Below, in pieces: positions 38,367 through 50,597 of a stretch of DNA of 64,000 nt. The DNA is from Klebsormidium nitens. Its lineage: Eukaryota; Plantae; Klebsormidiophyceae. Where the stretch lies: assembly GCA_000708835.1 (NCBI GenBank), contig DF236971.1:186001-250000 (forward strand), in the 5' to 3' direction. Positions within the stretch are counted from its first letter, which is position 1. The number at the start of each line of letters is the position of its first letter. A program made the translations under genes and the position numbers. The notes below the pieces were generated by a model, which ran no database searches, was not told the DNA's origin, and saw only the letters and a program-made list of their open reading frames with translations.

Positions 38367-40954
38367 GCTGACGTCAGCTGGCTGGCTGACCGCAGGCCGA
38401 ACTGAGGAAGTGCGAATCTAAAGGGAACAGATCCGGAGAATGCGAGGGTCTAGGCAAGACGGCTGTTTATGTAGGGACCTAGGAGATTGAGGGACGGCAG
38501 CAGGCCCGAAGCACTCTCGATCAGTTAGTAGAGCCAGCTGCCTAATTGATGATCAATCATTATATGGACCTGCACTAGGTATTCACGAGGCGGAAGCAAG
38601 CGACGCAGTTACCTGCTTGACACTTGTGTGGATTAGGTAGATACAATGGCTGACCACTGTGGCTTGTGCAGATGTACCGGTATTAAGAACGTGTCTATTA
38701 CTTTCAGTACTGAATCGGAGCGCTCAATACAGGCAGTTCGCACAGCTAGCTCGTAGGTACCGGTATGTCTTCGTGTGCGCTCCTCGGACTAACGTAATGG
38801 TGAGCACACAGTGAGTGCGTGTGCCGCGGATCATGCTCGCCGGCCAACTGGTTCTGGCCACGCGCCGAATCCCTGGAAGTGTCGACATCTCGGAAGCTCA
38901 ATTATTGCAAATACCGTCGGCGAAGTTGGCCACGTGTAACGATTGGATTCGTCGACGCGTCGGAGGTCCTGGCTTTTTGGGCTCCGGCAATATAGCTGCG
39001 TCGCGCGTGCCGCGCAGGGGGGCGCCCGGTGATAGTCACCGGGCCCGCACACAGGTGACAGGAGTGAGCACACCCCGGACGGCGCGTGAAGACGGGCGGG
39101 CCTCGGCAACAGAAGAGATCACTGGCCAGTTCATCCAGCACACGCGCGAATTGCGAGCGAGCCTATTATGATCAAAGTGCCGTGGAGATTCCGAGTCGCA
39201 CCAGCCACCTTGAAGGTTTTCTGATCTTCTCAATTCGCAACAGCATCGATCGACAATGTATATAATTGTCTTGGCGTAAAATAAACTGCTTTAATATGAG
39301 GTTTCTCCCTGAGTTGCTCCTACCAAGGCTGCAAATATTGCACTTAATCAAGTTGTATTTGCATCTTCGCACCAGCCGGCTGCATCAAAACTCAATTACG
39401 TACTGGAGTTTATTCTTTCGCAAGGCCAGAAAATGCCCAAAAAATGGGTCAACAATTGCTGCAGTGCGAGACCTTACGACGACCGGCAGGTGGCAGCAGA
39501 AAGCGCCGCCCTGATAATCTTATCCTATTATCCTGCAGCTGCGGTTTCAAGCAAAGCAGGTTCAGTTTGAATGCGATGATTGGTGGACGTGTAGGTAGAA
39601 CCGTAAGAAAGCTTGGCAGATCATTGGCCGCTGATCAGCTTTCCACGACTCAGAAAAATGTGCACTCCACCCGCTAGGATTCTCCCCAATACGTCACGGA
39701 GAGTACATAAGGTGACGTACTACTGTCTGGTTTTCTGACAATATTCGAGGACGTCCGAGCGACTTCCTCGGGTCCTTTCAATCTGGGGTAAGAGACCCGG
39801 TTCCCTATCTTAGCCTCTCCGACTTTCTCTTGGCGGGGGTGGTGTGGAGGCTAAATTTGAGACTTGAGTCGCCCCGGCCATCATCAAATTAAGCCCACGT
39901 ATGCTGAACATATTTTGCCCAAGCTTCTAATTGAAAAGCACTGACAAAATTCCCTTCGCAATTCCGTCTTCAGGGTCCGACGATACTTTGAAATACAAAT
40001 TCTGGCAGAAGGATATATATCCAGTGGGCGATAGATTTCGAAGCAATTATTAAGCTGGCAAGCTGTATTAGTATACGTATCTCTGTTCCATCAACTGCAC
40101 CGGGCCCGTTCAAAAAGTCGCAGGAAACGTATGTCCAAAGATGCCACTGTTGATTACCAGGGGAGTTTGGTGGCTCTATTTCACTGGAAGGGTTGGTCTT
40201 TTTTCGTGAAAACGTTCCCCCTCCTGTGATTGGTTCCGGGTGCTCACCAGACCTCCACACCCCCCACCTGGAAGACGGTATGGACCGGAGTTCTGACGTA
40301 CGCGACTTCAAAGGGATGTTGACAGGATGCCCCTCGGACGTCCGATTGCACTCTGGAAGAAACTTGAAAAATGACGAAGTTGAAGCGTTAGGCTGTCACC
40401 AATTCTGATCAACTTGGCATGCGGAGTTCGTGAGATCGACTTTGATTGGTGCAAATTGTGGAATTTGTTCTCCATTCGCACCAGCGAAGTAGTACTCCTA
40501 TCAGATTGAACGAGGATCAAACGTCCATACAAGTTTCCAGAGAACACGAGGGCAAGCGTAGATTGCCTGCCTTGAGTTGCACGCCCAAACTTGCAAGATC
40601 AATCTTGTCATTCTAGATTGCTCAGGTGAATAACGGATACTGTTTTGACCTACGCTCGGAAAAAGGGCTTCCGACCGGTTCGTATCTTAACAAGACCACC
40701 AGATACTTCTCTCCTCTAGTTCCTGTCCCGGTGTTTGCTCTCTTGCTTCCACCAGTTTCTCGATAGCTGTCCTCCTGACAAAATTGGCGCGCGCGGCAGC
40801 TTTGATGCGCGCGTTCTTTTCCCCTGCTTGGACGGCAGATCTCTTCTTTAAGCGTCGAACGGGGGGCATGGCGTGACATGTGTCACCCGGCGACTGGTCC
40901 CTGGAAACTCCGCCTTTTGCAGTCGCCCAGACGAGCCGCGTGCATCAGATCCGC

Positions 40955-41174
40955 NNNNNNNNNNNNNNNNNNNNNNNNNNNNNNNNNNNNNNNNNNNNNN
41001 NNNNNNNNNNNNNNNNNNNNNNNNNNNNNNNNNNNNNNNNNNNNNNNNNNNNNNNNNNNNNNNNNNNNNNNNNNNNNNNNNNNNNNNNNNNNNNNNNNNN
41101 NNNNNNNNNNNNNNNNNNNNNNNNNNNNNNNNNNNNNNNNNNNNNNNNNNNNNNNNNNNNNNNNNNNNNNNNNN
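40955..41174. other. Assembly gap (220 N)
   Basis: Run of N. Confidence 1.
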
Positions 41175-44101
41175 CTGCGGCTACAGCCTGTCGACGCCAT
41201 CTAGTAGGTGAGTGTCGTTGCGAGTCATGAGGGGTGGCAGACGCCCTCTTTGAGAATTCTAGCTGTTATCAGGCTTTTTTATCGGAACACGGAAATTCTT
41301 CAATGAGGTGATTTTGCCTGCTCCTTGACCAGTTGAGGACATGTAGACATTGGCACTCTTCCCATGAATGGGCTCACGCCGTGTCCTTTCGCAAGAAGGC
41401 CAAGGGCCTAAAAAGGATCAAGCTGGTTCCATCTTTCCATGGTCACAGACAAACCTCTTTGACGTCATTTGTCACTGGAACCCCGCAGAAGCACTGAAAT
41501 CAGCTTCGCCAGGCTCCCTTCATGTCAAGCGCACTTCACCTTAGATGGACGCCGAAGCAGACTCTCATCTTTCAGATTTGAAGAGACGCCAGTCAATGTA
41601 CAAAGTGAATTGAGTCTGCTCGACAGAAGTGCGGTACTCGAATGGATAGAGCGGGCTCAAAACGTAAAGCTTTATTGGGTTCAGAAATGAGTTTCTGAAC
41701 ACATTGAGGGGAGCCCGCTTTGCCTTTCCGCATCATACTGGAGAGCTTACCCGCGGTCTTCTCAAACAGCGCGCTGTCTTTCATGTTCAATCTGCTTGAA
41801 CAAAGCGGGCCTGATCTCAAACTCCGGAAACGCTCTGGCCTCTATATATCTCAGCGTAACGGTGTGCCATCATCTCTTCAGTTTGCCTTATGGACAGATC
41901 AAGTCGTGTCTTTCAGGCTGAATCTGCTGATTTTCATGAAGCGGGTCCAATCTTGGACTTCGGAGACGCCCTGGCCCCTGTCTCAGAGCAACGTTGTGGT
42001 ATCAACTCTTTACTGCCTGTCATCAGATCCTCGTGTCTCTTCTCTACCGCGAAGAGATCGCACGTACAGCGAATCCGGGAACAATCCTTACAGGGATGAT
42101 GGTACGTTGTCGAGTCCTTACCATGCTGGCTTGAAGGGCGCTTGATACGAGGGGACTTTTAAAATACCCTTCCAGCAAAAGGGCGCATCTATTCAAGCAC
42201 TGCTGATCACTTTTGCCTTGATTAGTTTTTCAGTGGTCAGGTTGCGTCCTCAAGTTTCTGCATGATCATCCCAGAAACCCATCTTTGAGCCGTGTGGTGC
42301 ATAGATAACCGCAGCAAACAGGGGAATCCGGGCCGCGTCAGGATCTGGCTCCTGATTCAAGTAGAATCAGTTTGCCAGGTTTCAACAGGTTGGGCACGAG
42401 AAGGCCTCGTCCTGAAGCTTCGTCCTCTTCCGAGGTCTCTTTGATCTCAAGCCTCGCTGTGAACTAAGGTGACGTAGATTGTTCAAATCCATCCTCCAAG
42501 CCCCATTTCACTTCTGTGGCCGGACCAGGATTTGCCAGGGGTAATTTAAGGGGGATCTAAGTATCAGCTTGTACGTCGTGCTGCGCTTGCGGAAACTCAA
42601 TACAGTATGGAGACCTTGCTGGAACTCAAAGGCCAAATAGGTTCCATTCTTTTGATAGGAGCTTGTGGGCAGGGCTCGTAGGCAAATCTGTTGGGTATGA
42701 GCCAACGGTCTTGTCAAGCCCGGCCCACACCACGAGCCCACACCACGAATTTGCCGGTGCTAAATCCGTTTGAATCTATAAGATCTAGATTTTAAGGTAC
42801 TGTTCAATCTGACGTTCCTTTAGGAGTACGCGGGTCACCGCAGACGCTCGTTGTACATTTAACGAATCCCTACGTTGATTATTTTCTTTCTTTTCCGAGT
42901 TATGCGCTGGCTACCCTCATTTGCAAGCACATAACAATGTTGCGCGTTGAATCGGACCCTATTCGCCTGAGCCAATCCAATGGGCCTATTATTCGAAGCG
43001 CATGCAGGCCATCATGATCACACAGTGCATGACATATGTTCTACGACAAACCCTTTGTCTGAACCAGGTCCGAACCAAATATGAGATTTCAAAGTGCGCT
43101 TTGGACCAGATTCGGACAGGTTGGAATACGGTTCGGCCACGTCTTAGCTCGAAACCCTTGAGCCGCCCGTTCATGTCACTGAAAGCGGCGTCAAAACGGG
43201 GTAGCAACAGGGAAACAGGGTACTGATTTGTTCTGCGTCGGTCTTGTATTCTTGCAGGCCTCGAAACGCAGTGTTGTAATTGGCAAGACATCACTTCCGC
43301 GCATGCACATGCCAGTACGAGGCCCATCCAGCTGATTGACAGGGTTGCAAACGATTCTGCGCGGTCAAGTTCAGAACTTAGACCATCCGCGATTGAATAC
43401 TCCGTTAAAATCTTCGCAGCTTTCATCGGTTCCTATAAAGGCTTTCGGCATTTGAGTTTCTATGATCGGTCTGAAGCTTAGGTGTTTACGGCACTTCGCG
43501 GTTCGGGCGAATCTGGTCCGCAGAATTGCCCCAATTTGCGGCAAGTATCAGCCGGGGTATCAGCCTCGTCTTCGTGAAGGCTTAGTGTCATTCTCCAAGG
43601 ACGTTGCAAAGTACTCTATCCTCCAGCCCCATCATAGGATCCCGTCTCGTCATCCAGTCGGGCTCCTTGCATGAGTTAGATGTGTTCAACTTGAAAGCCC
43701 CCAATTGTAGAGAATCTGGACGCCTCGTCAAACAAACAAGCGTACAACACAAATCGTCGCGGTTCTTTCCTCTCAATCTGTGGCCGCAAGCCGTTAACAT
43801 ATGTCGAAGCGGGTTGAAGTTGGAATTGATGCTTCGAGGAGACCGCCTGAATTAAGCTGCCAAGCTGAATGAATCCTGGCTCTTGCCTGCCTCTTGACGT
43901 CTGCGGCCGCGGCTCACGCGTCGGACGGCGCGCGGCCTCAGCCGTCGCGCGCGCTGCCTACGAAGGATTTCAGTGATTCCAGGGTTTGCTTTCCGGTCAT
44001 CATGGGGGTAGAGTCAGTCTGCGACTGGGGCCGGCTTTTGAAGTGACACGTAGGCTTTTCACACACGTCTATAGCAGAGGCGCACTCACCAAAGCACGAA
44101 A

Positions 44102-47100
44102 ATGGCGTCCAACGCCGCCCTCCTTTCTGCAAGCCCCTCCCTTATTGCTGGTCCTTTCACCTGCCACAGCTGCAGTAATCAAGCAAACACAAAGCTGCAC
44201 GTTCCGCTCGTAGCACGGGCGAGATCTCTTAGCCACAGCCTTGCTTCCACATCTTCTTACCCACAAACAACAGCTTTTGGTTCCCAACAAACATGGATTG
44301 GTTCTGGAGGGTCCAGCGGTCACAGAATATCAAGGTTGCAGAGAAGTAGGTATGGGGAGATCCGGGCGGCAAATGGTACGGGGGTGGCGACGGAGGCGCG
44401 TGAGATGGAGCGAGTGGCGGCCAAGGAAGCGGTTTTGCTGGCGGTACGAACAGAGAGCTCTCTTCCCGCGGGGTTTGTCTCTTATTTAAGCCAACAATGG
44501 AGATGCATCGCCACTGATACAGGTGCCACTTCTTGACGATGAGTGCGGTGGGAATGAGGAGTGCCGCCTTAGATGCGGTGTGCAATGCTGTCAGCGCAGA
44601 TCCTTTGGGAGCAGATTCTGGAAGAAAGATGATGTGCAGAGGTGCTTGGGGCGTCTCTGGTGACGAAATTGGTATTATTTGGGACCTTTCTCTCTTTCCT
44701 TGGACCCTTCCTTGGACCCGATGTCGGATTCTTTCTTTTTTGGACCTTTCTGTTTTTCTTGGACCTCGTGTCTGTTCCTAGAAGGTCAAAAGAGCACAGG
44801 GCATTCAGCGCTCCTCGCACGTCCAAAGGCACGAAGGATACCACCCAGCATAACCCCGCAATCTCTATTTCTAAAACCTCTCCAATAAGTGTGACCAAAG
44901 AGGAACCTTCTGGAAACATTGACCTAACATTCGTCAACTTTTTGACACTTCTCCTGAAGCTTGTCTCTGGCCGCAGATCCGGGATGCGGGCGGCGTAGAG
45001 GCGCTCAGCAGCGGCCCCGGTTCTGCGCTAGGACGCATCACAGTGAGCGAGAAGATCCTGGCCTTGGAGCGGCTAAACCCAACATCACGGCCCACAACGT
45101 AAGCTCCCCTGCTTTTGTGCGCTTATAATCTCGCTGCAGTAAAGACGATACGCTTTGTCCTTGCGCTTGACACCAAAGAATCTGCCTTTCCAGGTCCAAG
45201 CACTTTGAGCTTGGAATGTCTTCTATTTCAGACACAGCAATTGAGGTCAATCTCCTTCTGGGAGTTTAAGCAGAACTCTAGCGCCTATCTGTGCCATGTC
45301 CAAGGGTTGATCACACAAAATGTCTCCCCGTTTCAGGATCCGTTTCTTTACTTGCCTAATCGGATTGCTGCAGCCAAGTGCCTGGTGCAATCGCGTCCAT
45401 TCCTTTGTTCCCGTTTCCGCAACTTCGACCCCCGTCATTCCTCTCCCTGTATTTCGAGTTCCAGCAAGAGGACACCCATGGTTGGTACATGATTCCATCT
45501 TTTCACGCTACTCATTTCCGTCAAGATCATTTTCCGGTGGGGTCTTTGTACGTTGATTGTCTCCTTTTGAGAATCCTTTTCTCTTTGCTTTGTCTTCTTT
45601 CACAGCTCTGCCCCCTTGCGCTCGCTTTTCGTTGCCTTCCCTTCGTCAAATCGTTTCGCATTATAGTCTAGGCTATGTCTTTAGATCAATCGATGTCAAC
45701 CCGAAGCTGTAACCATTCAACCTCACGTTCAAACGTCAACCTTCTTTTATCTCCCTTTTCTCTTCGTCTTCGTTATCATTCTCATTGTCATCTCGACATC
45801 ATTGTCAGACTTATTGTCCACGTCCGTTCCGGTTCGGTTTCCGTTTCCGTTTCAATTTCCGTTTTGTTTTCATTACCACTTTCAGTTCCAGTTCCGTTTC
45901 CATGTTCACTTCCGTTTCCGTTTCCGTTTCCGTTCCTGCAGGTCCCCTCAGCTGGAGGGCACGTCGGCGTTCCTCTGGGCCGGCGCTCGCAGCCCTGGGC
46001 TCGTCGGCGTCAACAAAAAGCCGCCAAGAATTGGATTCCATTTTTATCCCATTATCGTTCTCTGCAGGTCGCCCCAATTAGAGGGCACGTGGGAGTTCCT
46101 CTGGGCCGGCGCCCGTAGCCCCGGCCTCGCTGCCGCGCGCCGCCTCCTGAGCCAGTTCCCCAGCCAGCTGGCGTCCATCGATTCGCTGACGCTCAATATC
46201 TTTGGCAGCAAGTCGAAAGCAGTTGCCACCATCAAGGCGTTCTCCAGCCTAGTTTACAAAGTCACGATTGAATCCACCATTCTCGTGGAAGGCAACTCCA
46301 GGTGCGTTCGATTTTGAAGGTGGCACCTTTAACATGTTTCTAACTCTTACTAGCGAGTGTGTTAGGCCGTATATTGATATCTGATTAGAAATTCCACTTT
46401 GAAATTTTGGTCTTCTTTTGGTCTCGTCCTATCAACCGTAGGGGACGATCTCTTCCGTCAGCATTACAGTGGATTGGATCTGGTCATAAGCCTGTTACCA
46501 GACTCTCACGCACGATATAACGGCAGGCCATATTCGTTGTTGCGAAAAGTATCCGGCCAGTCCCACTCCTTCGCTCAGAGACGTGTAAGGAATGCAAGTT
46601 GTTTTCGACCAACTAGTATAATCTAAAAATGCGCTTTCCTTCGTTGCGCTGTCACAATTTTCAGCCATAATGCCGTTCTTACATCTTGGCGTATGCGAAG
46701 GTGGCTTTTGCGTAAAGTTGCGCAGTTCCGTTGGCAGAGTCGTTCGACGAAGGAACATTAGCTCCCCTCCTCAGGCCATTGACGGAACGGGTCAATCGTT
46801 TGTCTTACCCTTTGACTTCGGTCGTCGCTGGTTCTCTACATCATCTTTCAGAACGATTGTTGTCTCCGTAGCCCCCGACAATTCCGTGCTTTACTCGACC
46901 TTGCGTTTCTTTCCTGAAACGATCCCGAACATGTTTCACACATATCACCCTTTCGTCGAAAGAGGCAAACGAAAAAGCTCCCCATAAGCAGGCGCCGCCA
47001 GCGCCCCTTCGAAAATGTTGCGCACAATTCTGCACAGACTAACCAGCGCCCATTCCGAAGACTTTGTCGAAAAATTCCTACAAACTTTGCACTTATTCTC

Positions 47101-48871
47101 ACAGGTTTAAAGAGGCATACGAGAATGGCTTCATCAGCACCCCGTCCGCAGACGCCTCCAATATGTTGCGCACAATTCTGCACAATCTAACCAGCGCCCA
47201 TTGCGAACACTGTGTTGAAAGTTTTCAAGAAACTTTGCCCGTATTCTCACAGTTGAAAGAGGGTGAAACAGCCATACGGGGAAGGCTCCATCAGGGGGCC
47301 TGTCTGCAGACACCAGCAGCGCCCCCTCCGAAATGTTGCGCGCAATTTGGCACAGTCTAAGAAGCGCCCACCCTCAACACCATATCGAAAACGAAAATGT
47401 CAAAGAAACACTACCCGTATTTTCGCAGGTTGAAAGAGGCATACGAGGAAGGTTCCATAAGCGCCCCAATGTCGACGCCGCCTGCCCACCCCTCACTAGA
47501 TTTCAATGTACTTTTTTGGGGCAAACTTCCTAGCATTTTCGCACAGGCTGTAAGAAGCATACGAGGAAGGCTCCATCAGCGCCCCCGTCTGTTGCCAGGC
47601 GTTTCTGTTGACATGGGTCCAAACATCCCCATGCATATTCGCACAGCCGAACGACGCATACGATGAAGGCTTCGTCAGCGCCGGTCCGCCGCTTATGACT
47701 TTCTTTGGAATGCAATTCAACGATTACTTCTATAGCTTGAAAGAGGCATACGAGGAAGGCTCCATAAGCGCTCCGTCCGTAGACCCCGCAAGCGTCCCCT
47801 CACTCAAGTCCAGTCCTTTGTTCTAAAGGATCTCTTACATTTTCGACGCATATTCTCCCAGGTTGAAAGAGGCATACGAGGAAGGCTCCATAAGCGCTCC
47901 GTCAGTTGATGCCGCTAGCGCCCCCTCGCAAGTCCGGCCCATATTGGACCAGATCGCGGGCGCGGTGGCAGGACTCCCCGCGCAGATCAAGAGTCTGGTG
48001 GAGGGCCCCCTGACGATTCCCCTAACGAACACATACGAGCGGCTGCTGCTGATCACGTATCTTGATGACGAGTTGTTGGTGAGTTCTCATTATATTCGAC
48101 ATAATGCTTTTACATTTGAGAGTTTTAGGGTTTGGGATAAATGACGACATGGAATAGAACAGAGAAAGAGAAGAGAGGCAGCGCAGAAAGTGCAACGATT
48201 ACGGTTTTAAGGGTCCGGTTTTAATAGCTTTGAAGCACAGAAGTGCTCTTTTCGAGGAGCAATTCAGCGGTTGCTCCTTCAGTTTGTGTACCCGGTCATG
48301 AGTGCTGGCAAGGCCTCTGGTTTTTCAGCGGCGATCAGGATCTTCTGGTCTCCGAAACCGGGTTTCTACGGATCGGAGGGGTTCGATCTGGGCTCTTTGG
48401 CACTTCAAACAGCTGCTGCTGCTCGCTTGCTTTGTCAACGGCTTCGCTGGTACTTCGTTGTGTTTTTAGCGAGTCCAAGTACTGTCTTCCAGAACAGAGA
48501 CGTTTCAGAGTCCCAGAAAGGGAGGCTTTAGAGACTTGGGCACTGATTGGCCAAGACTTTCTAAACGCCTGGTTCGGTTGCATGTTTCTGTCGTTCTCTC
48601 AACGCGCGACTTGTCTTTGCCGGTCGCGAATGTCTGTGTCTCGCGCTCTTTGCTGCATGCCAGTGTCTGCACACACCTGTTGACGTCACCCAAAGCCGCA
48701 CTTGCGCTGATACCAGCCTTTGAAAACTCTGTGCAGATTGCGCGTGACCCTTCCGGCGTTGCTGACGTGTTGGTAAGAGAGAACCTTGTGAACCCCGACG
48801 ATCTAGGCAGCGACTCGTATGTCGGGGATGTGTATGTTGCTGATGGCGAGTACGTCATCTCCGATTCGTAA
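44102..48871 (+). CDS. FBN10: Plastid lipid-associated protein / fibrillin, FBN10-like, 349 aa, 5 exons
   Basis: join(44102-44443,44977-45098,46068-46301,47862-48078,48737-48871). S/A-rich transit peptide, then AKEAVLLAIRDAGGVEAL, ALERLNPTSRPTTSPQLEGTWEF, RLKEAYEEG, LLITYLDDELLIARDPSGVADVL. Subfamily assignment is from memory. Confidence 0.92.
45821..46005 (+). repeat. Degenerate (TTTCCG)n microsatellite followed by a decoy copy of the FBN exon 3 acceptor plus start
   Basis: ttccgtttccgtttccgtttccgttcctgcag|GTCCCCTCAGCTGGAGGGCACG at 45941, versus the real ctgcag|GTCGCCCCAATTAGAGGGCACG at 46067. Confidence 0.9.
46960..47861 (+). repeat. Array of about 7 degenerate copies of FBN exon 4 acceptor plus start
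   Basis: ag|(G)TTGAAAGAGGCATACGAGGAAGGCTCCAT(A/C)AGCGC-like units with AG at 47104, 47252, 47428, 47546, 47646 and 47735, a decayed copy near 46960, and the real AG at 47861. Confidence 0.92.
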
Positions 48872-50017
48872 AAGCAGGCCTCTGAATTCTGCACATTTTT
48901 TTTTCGCTTTTTGCTGTAGAGTCAATTTTGCACGCGGAGACAAAATCAGGGCTTGAGCTTCAAGGACTTGGACCGTCAGCATCGTTAGGACGATTTTCGA
49001 GCATGTGCTGCTACTCTGGCAGTGGAGGACGGTTGCCTGGAAAGCAAGGTGCATGGCGGACCTTTTGACGGCATAGGCATGTGTGTCCGGTCATGGTCTC
49101 GGTTTTGCCAAAGACTTGTTGAACTCTCCGGCATAGTACTGACGGTCCATCAGTGATTGAGCTGTAACAGTTGGACGTACATCTCTTCCACTCGCAAACG
49201 AGTACGTTGGCTGTGGCCGTGCCGGCGGCGGTGACGACAGATTGCCTGAGTTGTTTTGACTGAATGACGTCGGCCGCTACATCAAACCGATTGTCTCATG
49301 CACCAGTTTGTTGCATGCAATTGATAGAACTTCGGTCGGACCATGATCATTGCACGTCGCATGCGAGAGGCGGGAAATAGTTCGATGGCGGACGACTGCG
49401 GTACAGGGCCTCGCATGGCAATGAATTATACCCGAGCCCGTTCGTTAGAGCTATATGTATACTTAATTAGAGTTGTTGCGTGCATGTGACGCACTTGAGT
49501 GGCCAGCCGGCCTCGTCGGGCTTCGAAGCTCCCCGCCCCGCACAATGTCATTATCCTACTGATGCTGCAGTGACTCTCATGTGAACTCGAGCTGTGGGCC
49601 GCGTGCATGAAGGCTTGCAGAAATGATATATAATTAACAACGTCCGGCATGTAGCTGCTCGTCGCGCGCTCCGCTTAGTGCCCAGCCTGCAAGAGACTTG
49701 GATTATTGGATTCAATACGAATCACCTCTAGCCGAGACTTGCGAGGCTGTATAATCAAGGCAACTAGTATACGACGGTATGATCACATTGTGCACATGCA
49801 CGACCAAGATTGCAAAAAGGTTTTCTACGTTATAATGCAACTGACGCGGTACGTCCGCAAACGGGCGTTTCACTGAAAACTGTGACTTAACTTCTCCAAG
49901 TCAACCGGTCCCATGATGTTGTAAATCCCGACTTTGGATTCACACATGTACTTCGCAGTAGAGCCCACCCCAACCATCGTACGGACATGCACTACTCACC
50001 GTCCCCGGCACCAATCT

Positions 50018-50074
50018 TTGCGATCACAAGCTCACATGCCTCTTTACTAAAGAGGCATGTGCTTGTGATCGCAA
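50018..50074. repeat. Near-perfect inverted repeat (27 bp arms, 2 nt bulge, 1 nt loop)
   Basis: ttgcgatcacaagc(tc)acatgcctcttta-c-taaagaggcatgtgcttgtgatcgcaa. Confidence 0.9.
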
Positions 50075-50597
50075 TGTTAGACACAATTAAGAAACATAAA
50101 GTTAGACACACGGAGAGTTGCTAGACAATTTCAGACTTCGCTTACTAAAAATGTAAGCTTTCAAGTTACATGGACAGAACTAGTGTTGAACGAAAAAGCT
50201 CATGGGAAAGAGCTGATATGTTCGATCCGCGCGTTATTCTGATGGCTAGCTTCGTTCAGTTCTATGTTGAACCAAGTTGACGACTACAATATGTACATAA
50301 AGACGTGCATTGGCATGTTCTTCTCTGAAAGTTCCATACAACCACGACCTCAATCTCAAAACTGGACAGCAAAGTACTAACCTGTCGAGGGTATTAGAGC
50401 CCTGCAAATGTCGTTCATATCTTTACTCTCTGATTTACAATGATTGTCAAAGATGCGGCCTGAAATAATTCACTGCCCCAACCGACTCTCCTCCTGTAGG
50501 CTAGTCATCTAAGTTCGCCAATCTACCAGTCAATGTCCACATGATAAGGAAAGCATAAGCCTGATATTTAATGTCGCATCCGTACAGAAGCTACAAA

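Noticed and set aside
39970-40880. - strand ORFs such as MPPVRRLKKRS... and 39970-40311
   Set aside because: Short, no recognisable domain and no convincing exon chain.
40873-41230. ORFs spanning the N gap
   Set aside because: Their length is an artefact of N codons, so they cannot be evaluated.
41230-43900. Possible F-box-like or other decayed gene on the - strand (PMMGLEDRVLCNVLGE, MKAAKILTEY...)
   Set aside because: Frames are interrupted by stops and the similarity is too weak to name.
45675-46118. ORFs with FPFPFP/VSVSVS/ETETET tracts
   Set aside because: These are translations of the (TTTCCG)n microsatellite.
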